From Octopus vulgaris (taxonomy: Eukaryota): DNA of 64,000 nt. The translations under genes and the position numbers were made by a program. The notes beneath the pieces are model-generated. The model ran no database searches. It saw only the letters and a program-made list of their open reading frames with translations, and was not told the origin of the DNA. Positions 26,007-39,059 of this stretch are shown in pieces; position 1 is the stretch's first letter; each line of letters opens with the position of its first letter. Where the stretch lies: contig OX597816.1 in NCBI GenBank assembly GCA_951406725.2, positions 60,822,001 through 60,886,000 of the forward strand. The letters run 5' to 3'.

Positions 26007-26874
26007 TACCGAACTATTTCTTTAGTCAACGTGGGGGACCTGCTTGTTGTCATTTCGTTCTCTTAAAATATGAATCGCTAAATCTTTATCACACCAATTT
26101 TTCTTTATTCAGAATGGGACGGACACATTGGATAATATAGTCTACATATTCTGTCTGAACGAAAAGAAAAAATGTCAGATTAAGTTCTATTGCATAAGTT
26201 AACAATCTTGAGCTAAATAGTGTTCACGCAGATAAGAAAGGGAAAACCTTTGTCTAGTCTGACCTAATTTATTTAGAAAAAAAATAAATACAGAACGCAA
26301 AATCGGTTCTACCTCTTTGGTCATTTGGCGCCCAGCCGAAGAGTATCTATTTCTCTCCCTTCCATCGTTTCAGTCAAGCGATGGAAGGTGGGGGACAAAC
26401 AGACACACACACACACATAAATATATATATATATATGACGGGCTTCTTTTAGTTTGGTCGGCCCGTGACTATAGTAGAAGGCCCGAGGTGTCATGCAGTG
26501 GGACTGAACCTGGACCATGTGGCTGGTAAACAAGCTACTTACCACACAGCCACGCCTGCGCCTATATGTATGTTATTTTATGAAGTCAGTTAAAAATGAT
26601 GAATCTTCTCTATTTAATTTTAATAAGTTTCTTTACAAACGTGTTCACGTAGGGTCTGTTATATGTTACTCTCAGATGAATTGAGTATCCATCACATATA
26701 AAGATTTTTGCCGGTCAAAGTGAATTCACTACACTAAGAGGATTTCACAGGGATCCCAATTATGAACATATAAAATTCACAAAATTAAAAAAAAATTGTA
26801 TACACAGACATTATCAAAATTTCGTGTCTGTGGTTTGTTGCATACATAGATAAAAACAGTTAAAACTTGTTATA

Positions 26875-27555
26875 TAATAATAATGAAATTATTGTATACA
26901 GTGCTCAGGTGCACTACAACTTGTCAAAAGTGCGTATAAAGCATATGTAGTAATGTACAAATGTCTGGAAAGTGGAGAGTGTATGGAGTGGAGAAAATCA
27001 GGTGTAGTGTTGGCGAATCTCAGGAAGCATAGAAGTTTTGAAGGATGCAGTGCTCTAACAACTGATGCCGGCAGTTTGTTCCATGCTTCAGCAACTCTTA
27101 GAGTGAAAAAATGTTTCCGAAAGTCATGGGAGCTGTGCTGTTTTCTGACTTTGTAAACATGTTCACGGGTGGAGTTTGAAAAGGTGCTCAGAGTTATTGT
27201 TAGTAAGATAGTTAACTTTATGGGTGTCTGCCAAGACGTCGGAGCTTCAATGTGTCCATGCCCAGGGAAGTAAGGCGTTCAGAATATGGCAAATGCCTGA
27301 TGGAGGTTATTCTCTTGGTTGCAACGTCGCTGAACGGCTTCCAGACGATTAATATCCTGGGCAAGACAGGGGTTCCAGATCGGTGATGCAAATTCCAGGT
27401 GAGGCCACACCATAGCTATATAAAGCCTCAGATAGATAGCCGGAGAGCGGCTCACAAAAGACTTGGTGAGTGATGCCAAGGCACACTCAGCCTTCTTGGC
27501 AATTTTAGCGATGTGTTTTGTCCAACGCAAATCGCTGTCGACAATAATGCCCGTT
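26875..27555 (-). mobile_element. CR1/L2-like LINE 3' fragment with (ATT)n tail
   Basis: LRWTKHI, LYIAMVWPHLEFASPIWNP, LEAVQRR and FRKHFFTLRVAEAWNKLP, ending GCACCTGAGCACTGTATACAATAATTTC(ATT)n. Confidence 0.88.
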
Positions 27556-28029
27556 CACAAGAATGTTACCTTTATTTCAGTATGATTTCGCTATCTTTTA
27601 TTTAAATTTTTGTTTAATATATATTTATATTTAAATGAAAGTATTATTCCAAGCACAAAATATACCCCTAGTATTCCATATAAATGAATGTTATTCTAAC
27701 AGACTAGAAATATTGGATAGTTATCTCCCTTTAGTTGTATCGCGAGCTAGCTCGTGCTGCGACAAAATGAAACTAAATTCCAAAGACGATGTGGTTTTTG
27801 ATATATTAAAAAAGAAGGATGATTATGGCGGCTCATAGTTCTGATCAATTATATGTAAATAACGAGTTACTGTCATTATAATCAGGTCCAAACAATGTGT
27901 TTGCTGAATATGGCAGAAATAGCAGCCGAACATCATGTAATACAGTCATAAGCCAACTGCTGCCCGTGGGACTTTCTGAGTAGCATACGAACGAAAAATT
28001 ATCTTTAATGATTTTAGTTGTTTGGACCG

Positions 28030-28420
28030 CTTTAGTGAATCGAAAAGGTGTGATGTTTCATCAGGACAATGCACGACCCCACACTGCAAATATCACATCA
28101 CAGAAGATCGAAGAGCTTGGTTGGGAAAAAAATTCCTCATCCACTTTATTATCCCGATCTTACTCCTTCAGACTATCATTTGTTTCATAGTTTACAGAAT
28201 CGTTTACAGAGGAGGTCGAAACTGACATTTCAGAGTTCCTCGCTTTGAAACCAAAAGAGTTTTACATTGATTGGATTAAAAAATTGTAAATAGATGGAAG
28301 GAAGTCATAGATAATCAGGGAAAGTACATTAAGGATTAAATTTCAATCAAATATAACATTTGATCACTTGTTTTCTTTATTCAAAATTCGGTTTACAGAA
28401 CTTAAAGGATGACCTGATAT
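28030..28420 (+). mobile_element. Mariner transposase 3' fragment
   Basis: FHQDNARPHTA, LGWEK, then PDLTPSDYHLF (YSPDLAPSDY-like), ending in a TIR-like GGATGACCTGATA|TA. Confidence 0.85.
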
Positions 28421-28717
28421 ATATATTTATATATATATGAGGTTCTCATTTTGTTAAATGAATAAATAATCCAACATTCTAATATCCGAAAGTTGATGAA
28501 CAAACTAAATTTGTTTCTCCATTTTCCTATTTGTATTATAAATTTACGGTAAAAATACTTCTTTACCTTCACCAGTTTAATACAATAAGTGAGTTAATTG
28601 CATTGCAATTAAAAACATTCATGTATTAAGAATCTGGGTACTTTACCAACAGTATATTGGATAAATACTATCCCATAGTGGGTTACTCCCATAACCCCTA
28701 TCTTACTTTGTACTTTG

Positions 28718-28769
<52 letters not shown>

Positions 28770-28789
28770 TCACTCACATACATACAGGT

Positions 28790-29090
28790 GTGTGTGGGTG
28801 GGTCAGTGGTTAGAGCATAATGAGGTTGTGAGTTCGATTCCCGGACTAGGCTGTGTGTCATGTTCTTGAGCAAGACACTTTGTTTTACGTCGTTTCAATT
28901 CAGTCAGGTGTAGAAATGAGTTGCTACGTTACTGGTGCCAAGATGCATCGGCTTTTGTCTTTCCATTAGATAACAGCAGTGGTGTGGGTGGGCGACTGCT
29001 AGCCTTCCACAAACAACCTTGCTTAGACTTGTGCCTCGGAGGGAAACTTTCTAGGTTCAATTCTATAGCTACTTGTAGCCGGGGGGGGGG
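28790..29090 (+). mobile_element. tRNA-derived SINE (third family)
   Basis: A-box-like TCAGTGGTTAGAGC, B-box GAGTTCGATTCC, then TTCTTGAGCAAGACACTT. Confidence 0.65.
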
Positions 29091-29603
29091 GTCTTTACAC
29101 ATACACACGGTTACATACGTATAATAAGTGATCATTGCTTGATAAGAAAAAATACAGTATAATAAATATATTATTATTTGAATAGTCTATATCTATTTGT
29201 ACATAACACCTTTTGAAAGTTTTTCAATATCATTAATATATTTAATGACCATGTAAAATTGGTAAACTATAGCTGATTTTAAAAAAAAGGTATGTAATAA
29301 CACTCATACGAAAGAATAAATAAAAATAGAAACAGGAAAGCTAGAAAGATTTGGGTAAGTGAGGAAAAAGAACAGGTGAAGAGCAGTTAAATGTTTCTCT
29401 TATTAAATACTTTCGTATCCTTCATGATCCTTGAAAATAAAGGTTCCACCAACTTTGGTAGGCGTCCTAACACCACTTCTAAAATACCCTCCATCACACT
29501 AGCACCTTTTTACATTCGCATAAGCAATGTTATAAGGTTTCTGAAGAGCCCTTACAAGAGCCTAAAAGGTGATTCCATACAACCTGCTCGTGATAGAATG
29601 TAA

Positions 29604-32357
29604 CACTGGTCAACACGATTTTTGGTACCAAGAAGCAAAACATGTTTTTCCTTTTTTAGCTAATTTGATGGTGCTGATTCCGAAAATGACCTCAGTTTTT
29701 CATGGTTAGCTACCGTTTTTGCTGTACTGAAATTGCTCATTTTTTGGCAAAAAGATCAATTACGATCTTGGCTGATCGCGAAATTTAGTTAAAAAAGGTA
29801 GTAGAAACCCACGAATTTTCAGGTAGGCCGAGCGATTTATGTCAGCCATCTGAAATAAACTACTTTTATAAGAAAAAAAGTGTCTTTGAGTCAAAACTTT
29901 TAAAATAGAAGTACCGAATTTTTTCTAATTTATTGCCAAAATTCAAATTAACTGATAAACTTTATCAGTAATACACTTTAGTAAACCTGATAATTAAGGT
30001 GACATAAAAAAAATGAAACCCTAATATCTTCTGTTTGATATTCATAAATTTATCGTATCCCTTTTATCCCTTCAACATGGAAGGAAACCAAGCACATTAA
30101 GAGGTTTTGTCTTCGCAGTTGGAAAAAAACTCCAACTAAAGACATCCCAATTGAATGCACCTATTCCATTGCACATGATAAACATCATGAAAATGGTTTC
30201 GCCATAACATCTGCCCTCAACGCGTGGTTACAAAGATACGAAGTAGAATCTGCGTAACGACTCTTTCCGGCTTTTGTTATTGACCTTTTTACGACTCTTT
30301 CCGTAGGACATTAGGAAAGATCAGATTACATAAATGTGAACACGCAAAGTGTCATGTAAATTCTCAACCAACTCATGTTCTTTTTTAATCATAGAGATAG
30401 ATATCAAATGACATGACTTCAACGAGAGGATGCAAAAATCATCCTAACTTATTTTGCTGTACATGCGGCGAGATCACACTGAAAGCCAACAGGAAACCGA
30501 TGTCTGACTTTTACAAGAAAGCCTATCGTGCTTACTTTCACGTCGAGCTTGGTTTTCAGGACAAATCGTGAGTGAACTCATGTGACAGTGGACTTCAGGT
30601 ACCCGAAAATCGCTGAGATTCGCAATTCCTATTATCTGGCGTGAGCCAAAGAACCACTCCGACGAATGTTACTTCTGCTCAGTCAGTGTTGTGGGACTGA
30701 ACCAAAAGAAACGCTGATCTATCGACTATCCGAAGTCTTCTTTCCGCTATTCGACCAGTGCCGCGTTCAAATGATTTGCATCATGAAAATTTGTTGATGT
30801 AAATGAGAGACAGCGCGAAAACGATCCTGACTTTTCCAAAACCGTGCCAGAGCCGTTTAACCAAAATGAGCTGAATGATTTGATTCGAGACTAAGCAAAG
30901 AATCAGCAGAACATTTGGCCTCTAGGCTCAACGAAAAACACCTCTTATCAAAAGGCACAAAGGTAACATTCTATCGAAACAGGGATGCTGAATTTGTATC
31001 GTTATTTAATGAGAACACAGATCTTGTTCATTGCAATGACGTTGAGGGCGTTCTTCTTCGACTAGGCGTCCACCGATACGATCCTGATGAATGGAGATTG
31101 TTCCTTGATAGTTCAAAACGTAATTTGAAATGTGTTTTGCTCCATAATACCAACATGTGTGCGCCAATACCTACAGATCATTCAACAACAAGATGCCATC
31201 AAACAGGTTATGGAACAGATTGATTACACCTAACATAAATAGGTGTTATGTGTCGATTTGAAAATGGTAAATTTCCTGCTTGGTCAACAAAATGGCTACA
31301 CGAAATATCCATTTTGTGTGTGTGTATATGGGACAGTAGAGCAAAAGAGGAGCACTGGAAAAGGAAAGATTGGTCACCCCGAGTGTTGAAGGTCAGTGAA
31401 AAGAATGTTATTAGTGCAGCGATAGTTCCGAAAGAAAAAATCATCTCTCCCTTGCATATCAAATTGGGATTAATGAAACAGTATGTAAAATCACTCGACA
31501 AAGAAAGTAAATGTTTTGAGTGCATATGTAAATCGTTTCCAGGACTTAGCACTGAAAAACTCAAAGCAGGAGTGTTTGATGTTCCTGATATCAGGAAACT
31601 CATTGAGGATGATGAATTTGTTAATTCGATGAATGACTTGGAATTACGCACTGGGACATCATTTGTTGACGTGGTGAAAAACTTCTTAGGCAATTGCCGG
31701 CCGAAAACTACGAGGACTTAGTGGAAAAGCTGTTGAAAAGTCTACTGGACATAGGCGCTAACATGAGTATTAAGGTTCATTTTTTATATAGCCATCTAGA
31801 TAAATTTCCGGATAATTGCGGCGATGTGAGTGATGAGCAAGGAGAACGGTTCCATCAGGGTATCAAAACAATAGAAGAGAGCTACCAGGGACAGTGGGAC
31901 AAACGAATGATGGCTGACTACTGCTGGAGTATCAAAAGGGACTTAAATAATATTGAACATGACAGACAACCAAGAAAGAGAACATTTTTATCATAGTTCT
32001 TATGTTTATGAAGGTTTTATTTCTGCTGTTAGTTTATTTAATGATTTGATGAAAATACTTATTGGTCTAGGTATATTCAATCGTGTTATTTTTAAAGATT
32101 TAGGGTCTGATTGTTATTGCATAAACAGTATTTCTCAATAAGCAGACCAATACTTGTTGGTTTAAATACGAATTGTTTCTACGATTTTACTTTGAGAAAT
32201 ATTGCCATCGATCAGAGTCATTTCTATATAGCAAAAATGATAGCTAACCAAGAAAAAATAAGGTAATTTTCAAATTCAGCGCCCTCAAATTATCTAAAAA
32301 AAAAAGATGTTTGGTGTCTCGACACCATTTCAAAAAGTTATTTTCTTTTTTCCAGTG
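29604..32357 (+). mobile_element. Full-length Chapaev3-like (CMC superfamily) DNA transposon with decayed transposase (about 30413-31996)
   Basis: Termini TAA|CACTGG..CCAGTG|TAA (3-bp TSD) and ~140-bp imperfect TIRs. Protein motifs CKNHPNLFC..CG, WREPKNHSDECYFC, WRLFLDSSKRNLKCVLLHN, PLHIKLGLMKQYVK, MSIKVHFLYSHLD and SDEQGERFHQ. Confidence 0.88.
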
Positions 32358-33264
32358 TAATCATTGTAGTTGTCTCCCTTAGATTAACATTTGTTTTGTT
32401 ATTTTTTGCATATATGGATATCTGTGTAAGACCACATTTGATGAGGTGCTAAATGACAACTTGAGACTATATAACTAAATATACAAGCCAAATATATAGA
32501 CTCCAAGTGGTCGCTCTACTTGCTAGAAATAACAGTCAAATACCTGTCAATGTAATCGACTACACTGTTCCTCACAAAATATGAGACCTTGATTTTTTTT
32601 AACCTTAGATAACAATTGTTATACAATTTAATTGGTTATACGAGGTCAACTCACAGGTTAATCGTATTTTGTAAGTTCAGAATCCCAATGGAAACCAGTT
32701 CGTTTCACTTTTGCTGTTATTGCCAAAGGTAAAGGTATTAACAATATACCAAAAGGAATAGTATTAACTGAGATGTACTTGCATAGCAAGTGACCTGATC
32801 TGAGATCGTGTGCTGGAACGAAAACAATTGCAGCGTGGAAGGTGTTTATAAGCCATTTAAGAAACACAAAAACCGTTAGATTCACTTCAACATTTAAATT
32901 TTATTTGTCAAAATATTTTCGTCGCTTTCAGACTGCGACCTGTTCACTGACAAAACTTCGTGCTGTATTGACGTTATGCGATGAATTAATTACCTGAAAG
33001 CGTGAACATCAAACTTAACTACATTGCCTTATAGAAGTTACCGGGGAAGTCTGCGTGGTCACCTAACGTTCAAGAAATGGCAATAATATTCCCCCAAAAT
33101 TACGCGCAATCATCATTAAAAGGGAAGGATACATATGATTATTTGAAGACCCGGAGACCTGAAGCAGCTACTGTAAGAGAGATGATCCTTTCTAGCTAAA
33201 TCCTAAATTATGGCGAAGTGAGAAGTTTGAATTTTAAATTTGAAAGCAACGAAAAATTATGTTA

Positions 33265-33746
33265 TGATAATAATAATAATGAAATTATTGTATACAGTGC
33301 TCAGGTGCCCCACAACTTGTCAAAAGTGCTTATAAAGCATATGCAGTAATGTACAAATGTCTGGTAAGCGAACAATGTATGAGTCAGATACATGCTTGCG
33401 TGTGTATGGAGGGGAGAAAATCATGTGTAGTGTTGGCGAATCTCAGGAAGCATGGAAGTTTTGAAGGATGCAGTGCTCTAACAACTAACAACTGATGCCG
33501 GCAGTTTGTTCCATACTTCAGCAACTCTTAGCGTGAAATAATGTTTCCGAAAGTCATGGGAGCTGTGCTGTTTTCTGACTTTGTGAACATGTCCACGGGT
33601 GTTAGACAGGAGGAGTTTGAAAAGGTGCTCAGAGTTATTGTTAGTAAGTTGGTTAATAATTTTATGGGTGTCTGCCAAGTCAGCCGCCAGACGTCGGAGC
33701 TTCAATGTATCCATGCCCAGGAAAGTAAGGCATTCAGAATATGGCA
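33265..33746 (-). mobile_element. CR1/L2-like LINE 3' fragment (same family as 26875)
   Basis: LGMDTLKLRRLAADL..NTRGHVHKVRKQ..FRKHYFTLRVAEVWNKLP with an (ATT)n tail. Confidence 0.88.
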
Positions 33747-34494
33747 AAATGAAAAGATCTGAATTAAAAGCAAACTGTTTAAACAGCTTAGCATTCTTTT
33801 GGATAAGGTTAATCGTTTTCTGGATTAGAAGATTGTACAAGAATGTTTATGTAAGTTAATGGAGATAGTTATTCACCGGGAAACTCATTAGTTAAACAGT
33901 AATCCATCGCCATTATCGCGATTTATTATTTAAGCTTACGTCGATTCCTCCGTGGTGTTGCTTTGCATTTGTAATATAATAAATAGACACAAATTATAGA
34001 AATAGCTAAAAGAAAATCTACGGTACAGTACTGTTTCTACTTCGCGGATTATTACATATCGCGAGGTGATGGGGTTGGAAGTTACGCCCGCGTTAATCGA
34101 GGGATTGCTGTTTTTATTTTATTTTCTTTTATTCGTTTCAGTCGTTCGAGCACCGCCTTTAGTCGAGCAAATCGAATTCAGGATTTATTTTTTTGTAAGC
34201 CTAGTACTTATTCTATCGGTCTCTCTTGCCGAATCACTAAGTTACGGGGACGTAAACACACCAGCATCGGTTGTCAAACGATGTTTGGGGAGGGGAGGAC
34301 AAACATATACACACACATATATATATACATTATATACGACAGGTTTCTTTCAGTTTCTGTCTACCAAATCCACTCGAGGCTTTGGTTGACCGCGACTATA
34401 GTAGAAGACACTTGCCCAAGGTGCCACGCAGTGGGACTGAACACGGAACCATGTGGTTCGTAAGCAAGATACTTACCACACAGCCACTCCTACG

Positions 34495-34740
<246 letters not shown>

Positions 34741-35562
34741 GAATTTACAAAAAATAAAAAGACGAAGACAGGTGTGTAAAGGACAAACAGATATATTAGT
34801 TTAACGCTCGAGAGTGAGAGAGTCTTTTACGTTTCGAGCCTACGCTCTTCGACAGAAAGGAAGCACGAAGAGAAAATAGAAAAGGTATAGTGAAACACGT
34901 TCACACACGCACAACATTTCGTTTTTTTTTTTTTAACAGGAATAATTGGAATAATTGTCAGTTCCGCTTTTTTTACTCTGAATAATATTATTCTCGTCAC
35001 CTCAGTTCCTTTCCAGAATTCGGTGGATTCGGTCATTGGAGACTTGGTGCTTTGAACATAGACAGAACACTGTGCCATCTATAAATCCCGATCCTCACTT
35101 TCGTGGTTGTCTCTCTATTATCATACGTAAAAAAAAAAAATACCTTGGATAGTTTCTGGCGTGTATCAGTTATCTCCCTTCGACTGGATTTCTGCTATCT
35201 TCCAGTCAGATCTGATCAGTAGCGTTCCAGCCGCAGCAAACCCCTTTCATACAACGCTATTTAGCTTTAGACTAGCTGACCTGTTGAGTAAAAATAAAAA
35301 CAAACGTTTCAAACGTGACCAGTGTTGTTTTCGTTTATGGTGACTGTATAGTGTGATGTTATTATTTTATTTTTGCTGACCGAATAATGAATAGTTTCCT
35401 TCTTCATTCAAACTTTCTCAGTAATCCGAAAAGTCTCACTGTTGAGAGGATATTGTTTTGTCTGATTAAGAATATTGACATTTGAATCCCTGAAATACAA
35501 TTACCAGACAACTAAGTGAACAAGAAAATAATCGAATTAACCCATTGCCTAGCGAGGAGTGA

Positions 35563-35927
35563 AGAACAATAACTCTGAGCACCTTTTCAAACTCTACCTG
35601 TCTAATTTTACAAAGTCAGAAAACAGCACAGCTCCCATGACTTTCGGAAACATTATTTCACGCTAAGAGTTGCTGAAGCATGGAACAAACTGCCGGCATC
35701 AGTTGTTAGTTGTCGGAGCACTGCATCCTTCAAAACTTCCATGCTTCTTAAGATTCACCAACACTACACCTGATTTTCTCCCCTCCATACACACGATGAA
35801 GCATGTATCTGATTCATACACTGTTCACTTCCCAGACATTTGTACGTTACTGCATATGCTTTATACACACTTTTGACAAGTTGTGGGGCACCTGAGCACT
35901 GTATACAATAATTTCATTATTATTATT
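35563..35927 (+). mobile_element. CR1/L2-like LINE 3' fragment, opposite orientation to the 33265 copy
   Basis: Reverse complement of about 33265-33640, with the same terminal sequence and (ATT)n tail. Confidence 0.88.
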
Positions 35928-36345
35928 TTAAAGCAACTCCGACTACTCACTTTACAAAACAATATAAGTCAGACACTGAGCTGCAAACTGTAGATAGTAT
36001 GTGTAGTGGACAAACAAATAATAAGCCAGAATTTCCAATCTTCACCTTCACGAGACAAATATAAATAGAGAACACAGAGTGCTGCGTATTTAACTAATAA
36101 AGTGGCCGCAGTCCTGTAAAGATTAAGTGTTATTTTAAAGCCCCATTGCAGATTTTATTCACCAGACCTATGATAAATGTTGTTTCGGCCATGAACATCT
36201 TGCATTATTATTATTTCTTTTTTTCTTTCAGGCAATTTATCTAGAACTTTATTATTTAATATGTGTGTGTGTGTGTATGGAGGGGGCGTGCACATGTGTA
36301 TGTATATACGTATGAATGTATGCATGCATGTATATATATATATAT

Positions 36346-36600
36346 AAAAGTAGTTTTAGAGACAGAACCACCCTCAACTCAATCACCATTGAAAGATATT
36401 ATACCCGACCAAGCCATAAAATATTAAATATGATACTTACTATATCTAATCAGAATCCCATTTCCATTTTAAAGACAACATGTATTTCATGACAGTATGT
36501 CGATATTGTTGAGATATAAGGTCTCTAATTTCAATACTCAATTAGATCGACGTACTCCCAATCTTCAGGTCTGGGTGGTTCTGCCTCTAAAACTACTTTT
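36346..36600. mobile_element. 255-bp MITE-like element flanked by (TA)n
   Basis: 28-bp inverted termini AAAAGTAGTTTTAGAGACAGAACCACCC / GGGTGGTTCTGCCTCTAAAACTACTTTT with 1 mismatch. Confidence 0.7.
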
Positions 36601-36688
36601 ATATATATGAATAAAGTATTGAGAGAAGTTAACCTTAATACCTTTAATTTGACTGTCTTATTCCTGATATATATATATATATATATAT

Positions 36689-37011
36689 GAGGTCAGCTGT
36701 ATAGAGAAGAATGGTCACGAAAAGTGGATGGAACTTGCAGAAGAGGCAGAACCTGGAAGACATGGAGTAAGGTAGTGAAGGCTGATCTCTGGACCTTGAA
36801 CCTCATGAGGAAAATAACAAGGGACAAAGATGGATGGCATATATATATATATATATATATGAGGTCAGCTGTATAGAGAAGAATGGTCACGAAAAGTGGA
36901 TGGAACTTGCAGAAGAGGCAGAACCTGGAAGACATGGAGTAAGGTGGTGAAGGCTGATCTCTGGACCTTGAACCTCATGAGGAAAATAACAAGGGACAAA
37001 GATGGATGGCA
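36689..37011 (+). repeat. 151-bp tandem duplication of an RTE 3' fragment separated by (TA)n
   Basis: 36689-36839 and 36861-37011 differ at one base. They encode a GTCRRGR..KTW-like RTE C-terminus. Confidence 0.9.
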
Positions 37012-37529
37012 GTATGTCCACATAAGTAAACTTTAGTTCCACTAGCCCAGTTTCTTTCCTCTTCAAGATGCCCACCACCATCATCTCTTTAACAGCAGTT
37101 CTTCCTTGATTCCACTTTTCTCACTATCTAGAATTGCCTCACTCCCATCATCACCCATTAATACTGCTCTCCACTCATACCTTTCATTGATCACCCAGCC
37201 ATCTCCACTGTGCCGCCAGAGTACCTCTCATCTCACACCACCCTCTTCAGTGATTTTGATCATATTCTTTTGTTCATTTGTTTGTTTGTCATTTGTCTGC
37301 AGCCATGCTGGAGCACTGCCCTTAGTCGAACAAATCGACCCCAGGACTTATTTTTTGTAAGCCTAGTATTTATTCCATCAGTTCCTTTTGCCAAACCGCT
37401 AAGTTACGGGGATGTAAACACACCAACATGAGCTGTCAAGTGATGGTGGAAGGATAAACACAGATACAAACATATATATATATACACACACACATATACA
37501 TATACACACACACATACACATATACATAT

Positions 37530-38066
37530 ACAAAATCAAAATCAAATCAGATATCAGAAAGCAGAACCAAAATCGAAGTCAATCAACATCAATGGAAATT
37601 GCGGCTGTGATACCAGTGCTGGTGACAAGTAAGCGAACCATCCGATTGTGGCCGTTGCCAGTGCCGCCCCGACTGGCCTGTGTGCCGATGACATGTAAAA
37701 AGCACCATTCGTTCGTGGCCGTTGCCAGCGCCGCCCCGACTGGCCTCCGTGCCGGTGGCACATAAAAGCACCATCCGTTCGTGTCCGTTGCCAGCCTTGC
37801 CTGGCCCCTGTGCCGGTGGCACGTAAAAGCACCATCCGTTCGTGGCCGTTTGCCAGCTCCGTCTGGCACCTGTGTGGGTGGCTGTAAAAAGCACCCACTA
37901 CACTCGCAGAGTGGTTGGCGTTAGGAAGGGCATCCAGCCGTAGAAACACTGCCAGATCAGACTGGGCCTGATGCAGCCTTCTGACTTCACAGACCCCAGT
38001 TGAACCGTCCAACACATGCTAGCATGGAAAACGGACGCTAAATGATGATGATGATGATGATGATGA
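37530..38066 (+). mobile_element. SINE-like element (family C) with internal ~62-bp tandem units and (ATG)n tail
   Basis: About four GTGGCCGTTGCCAG..GTGCCGGTGGCAC.TAAAAGCACC units, then GTGGTTGGCGTTAGGAAGGGCATCCAGC..GCATGGAAAACGGACG(ATG)n. Other copies at about 21690, 39945 (-), 40918, 51580 and 60782 (-). Confidence 0.8.
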
Positions 38067-38067
38067 T

Positions 38068-38118
<51 letters not shown>

Positions 38119-38801
38119 TATATAAATACATATGTATATATATGTATATATATATATATGTGTGTGTGTGTGTGCATCTATCTATCTATCTATCTATATA
38201 TATATATCTATATATATATATATATATATACATACACACACACACATACACGATGTACTTCTTTCAGATTCCGTCTACCAAATCCACTCAGAAGACTTTG
38301 GTCAGCCCAAGGTTATTGTAGAAGACACTTGCCCAAGGTGCCATGCAGTGAGACTGAACCTGGGACCATGTAGCTGGTAAGCAAGCTACTTACCACACAG
38401 TTTATCGTCTTTCTTTTACTTGTTTCAGTCATTGGACTGTGACTATGCTGGGGCACCACCTTGAAGGGTTTACTCAAACAAATTGACCCCAATACTTAAA
38501 TTTTTTTAATTCTTTTATCTCTTTTCTTGAAATGCTAAGTTATGGGAATGTAAACAAACCAACACTCGTTGCCAAGTGGGAGTGTGACACTCAAATACAT
38601 ACATATGTTAATTGAAGTGTACAATATTATATAAATCCATTACGGCCAATCTTACCAATTGGTTTCACACTAGGAGTTCAACAGAGTGTTAGGTAACAGC
38701 TCAATTATGTAACCCTTTGCTCTTCAGGGATTTCAGAGCTTCTGCTCAGTTTTCACCTACTAAATTCAGTCACAAGATTTTGTAAGTTTTGTTGCAGGAG
38801 A

Positions 38802-39030
38802 TTAACTCTTTAGCATTCAGATTATTCTGTCAAATGTGATGTTTATTTATTCAAATTGTTTTGAATTAAGCATGCATTATATTGTAGCATTGAGATTTTG
38901 ATGATGTGATAGTTTATTTTTAGAATTAAATTACAAAATAGGTGTAAAGGGGCCAGATCAGGTCAGTTTCACCATAAAACCAGTAGAATATTTGGAATGG
39001 ATAATGCAGGTTTAAATGCATAAGGGCTAA
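38802..39030. mobile_element. piggyBac-like MITE
   Basis: TTAA|CTCTTTAGCATT..AATGCATAAGGG|CTAA. A reverse-oriented copy lies at about 55815-56035. Confidence 0.6.
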
Positions 39031-39059
39031 GAAGAGTCAAACTCCAAATGAAGTATGCT

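Noticed and set aside
34827-35078. 83-aa minus-strand ORF (MAQCSVYVQST..) in CpG-rich DNA
   Set aside because: No recognisable domain, only a weak donor site, and its end runs into a repeat. It cannot be supported as coding.
37600-37895. Repeated ~62-bp units resembling a CRISPR array, with overlapping ORFs
   Set aside because: The units are degenerate tandem repeats without unique spacers, inside a multi-copy eukaryotic SINE-like element. There are no cas genes.
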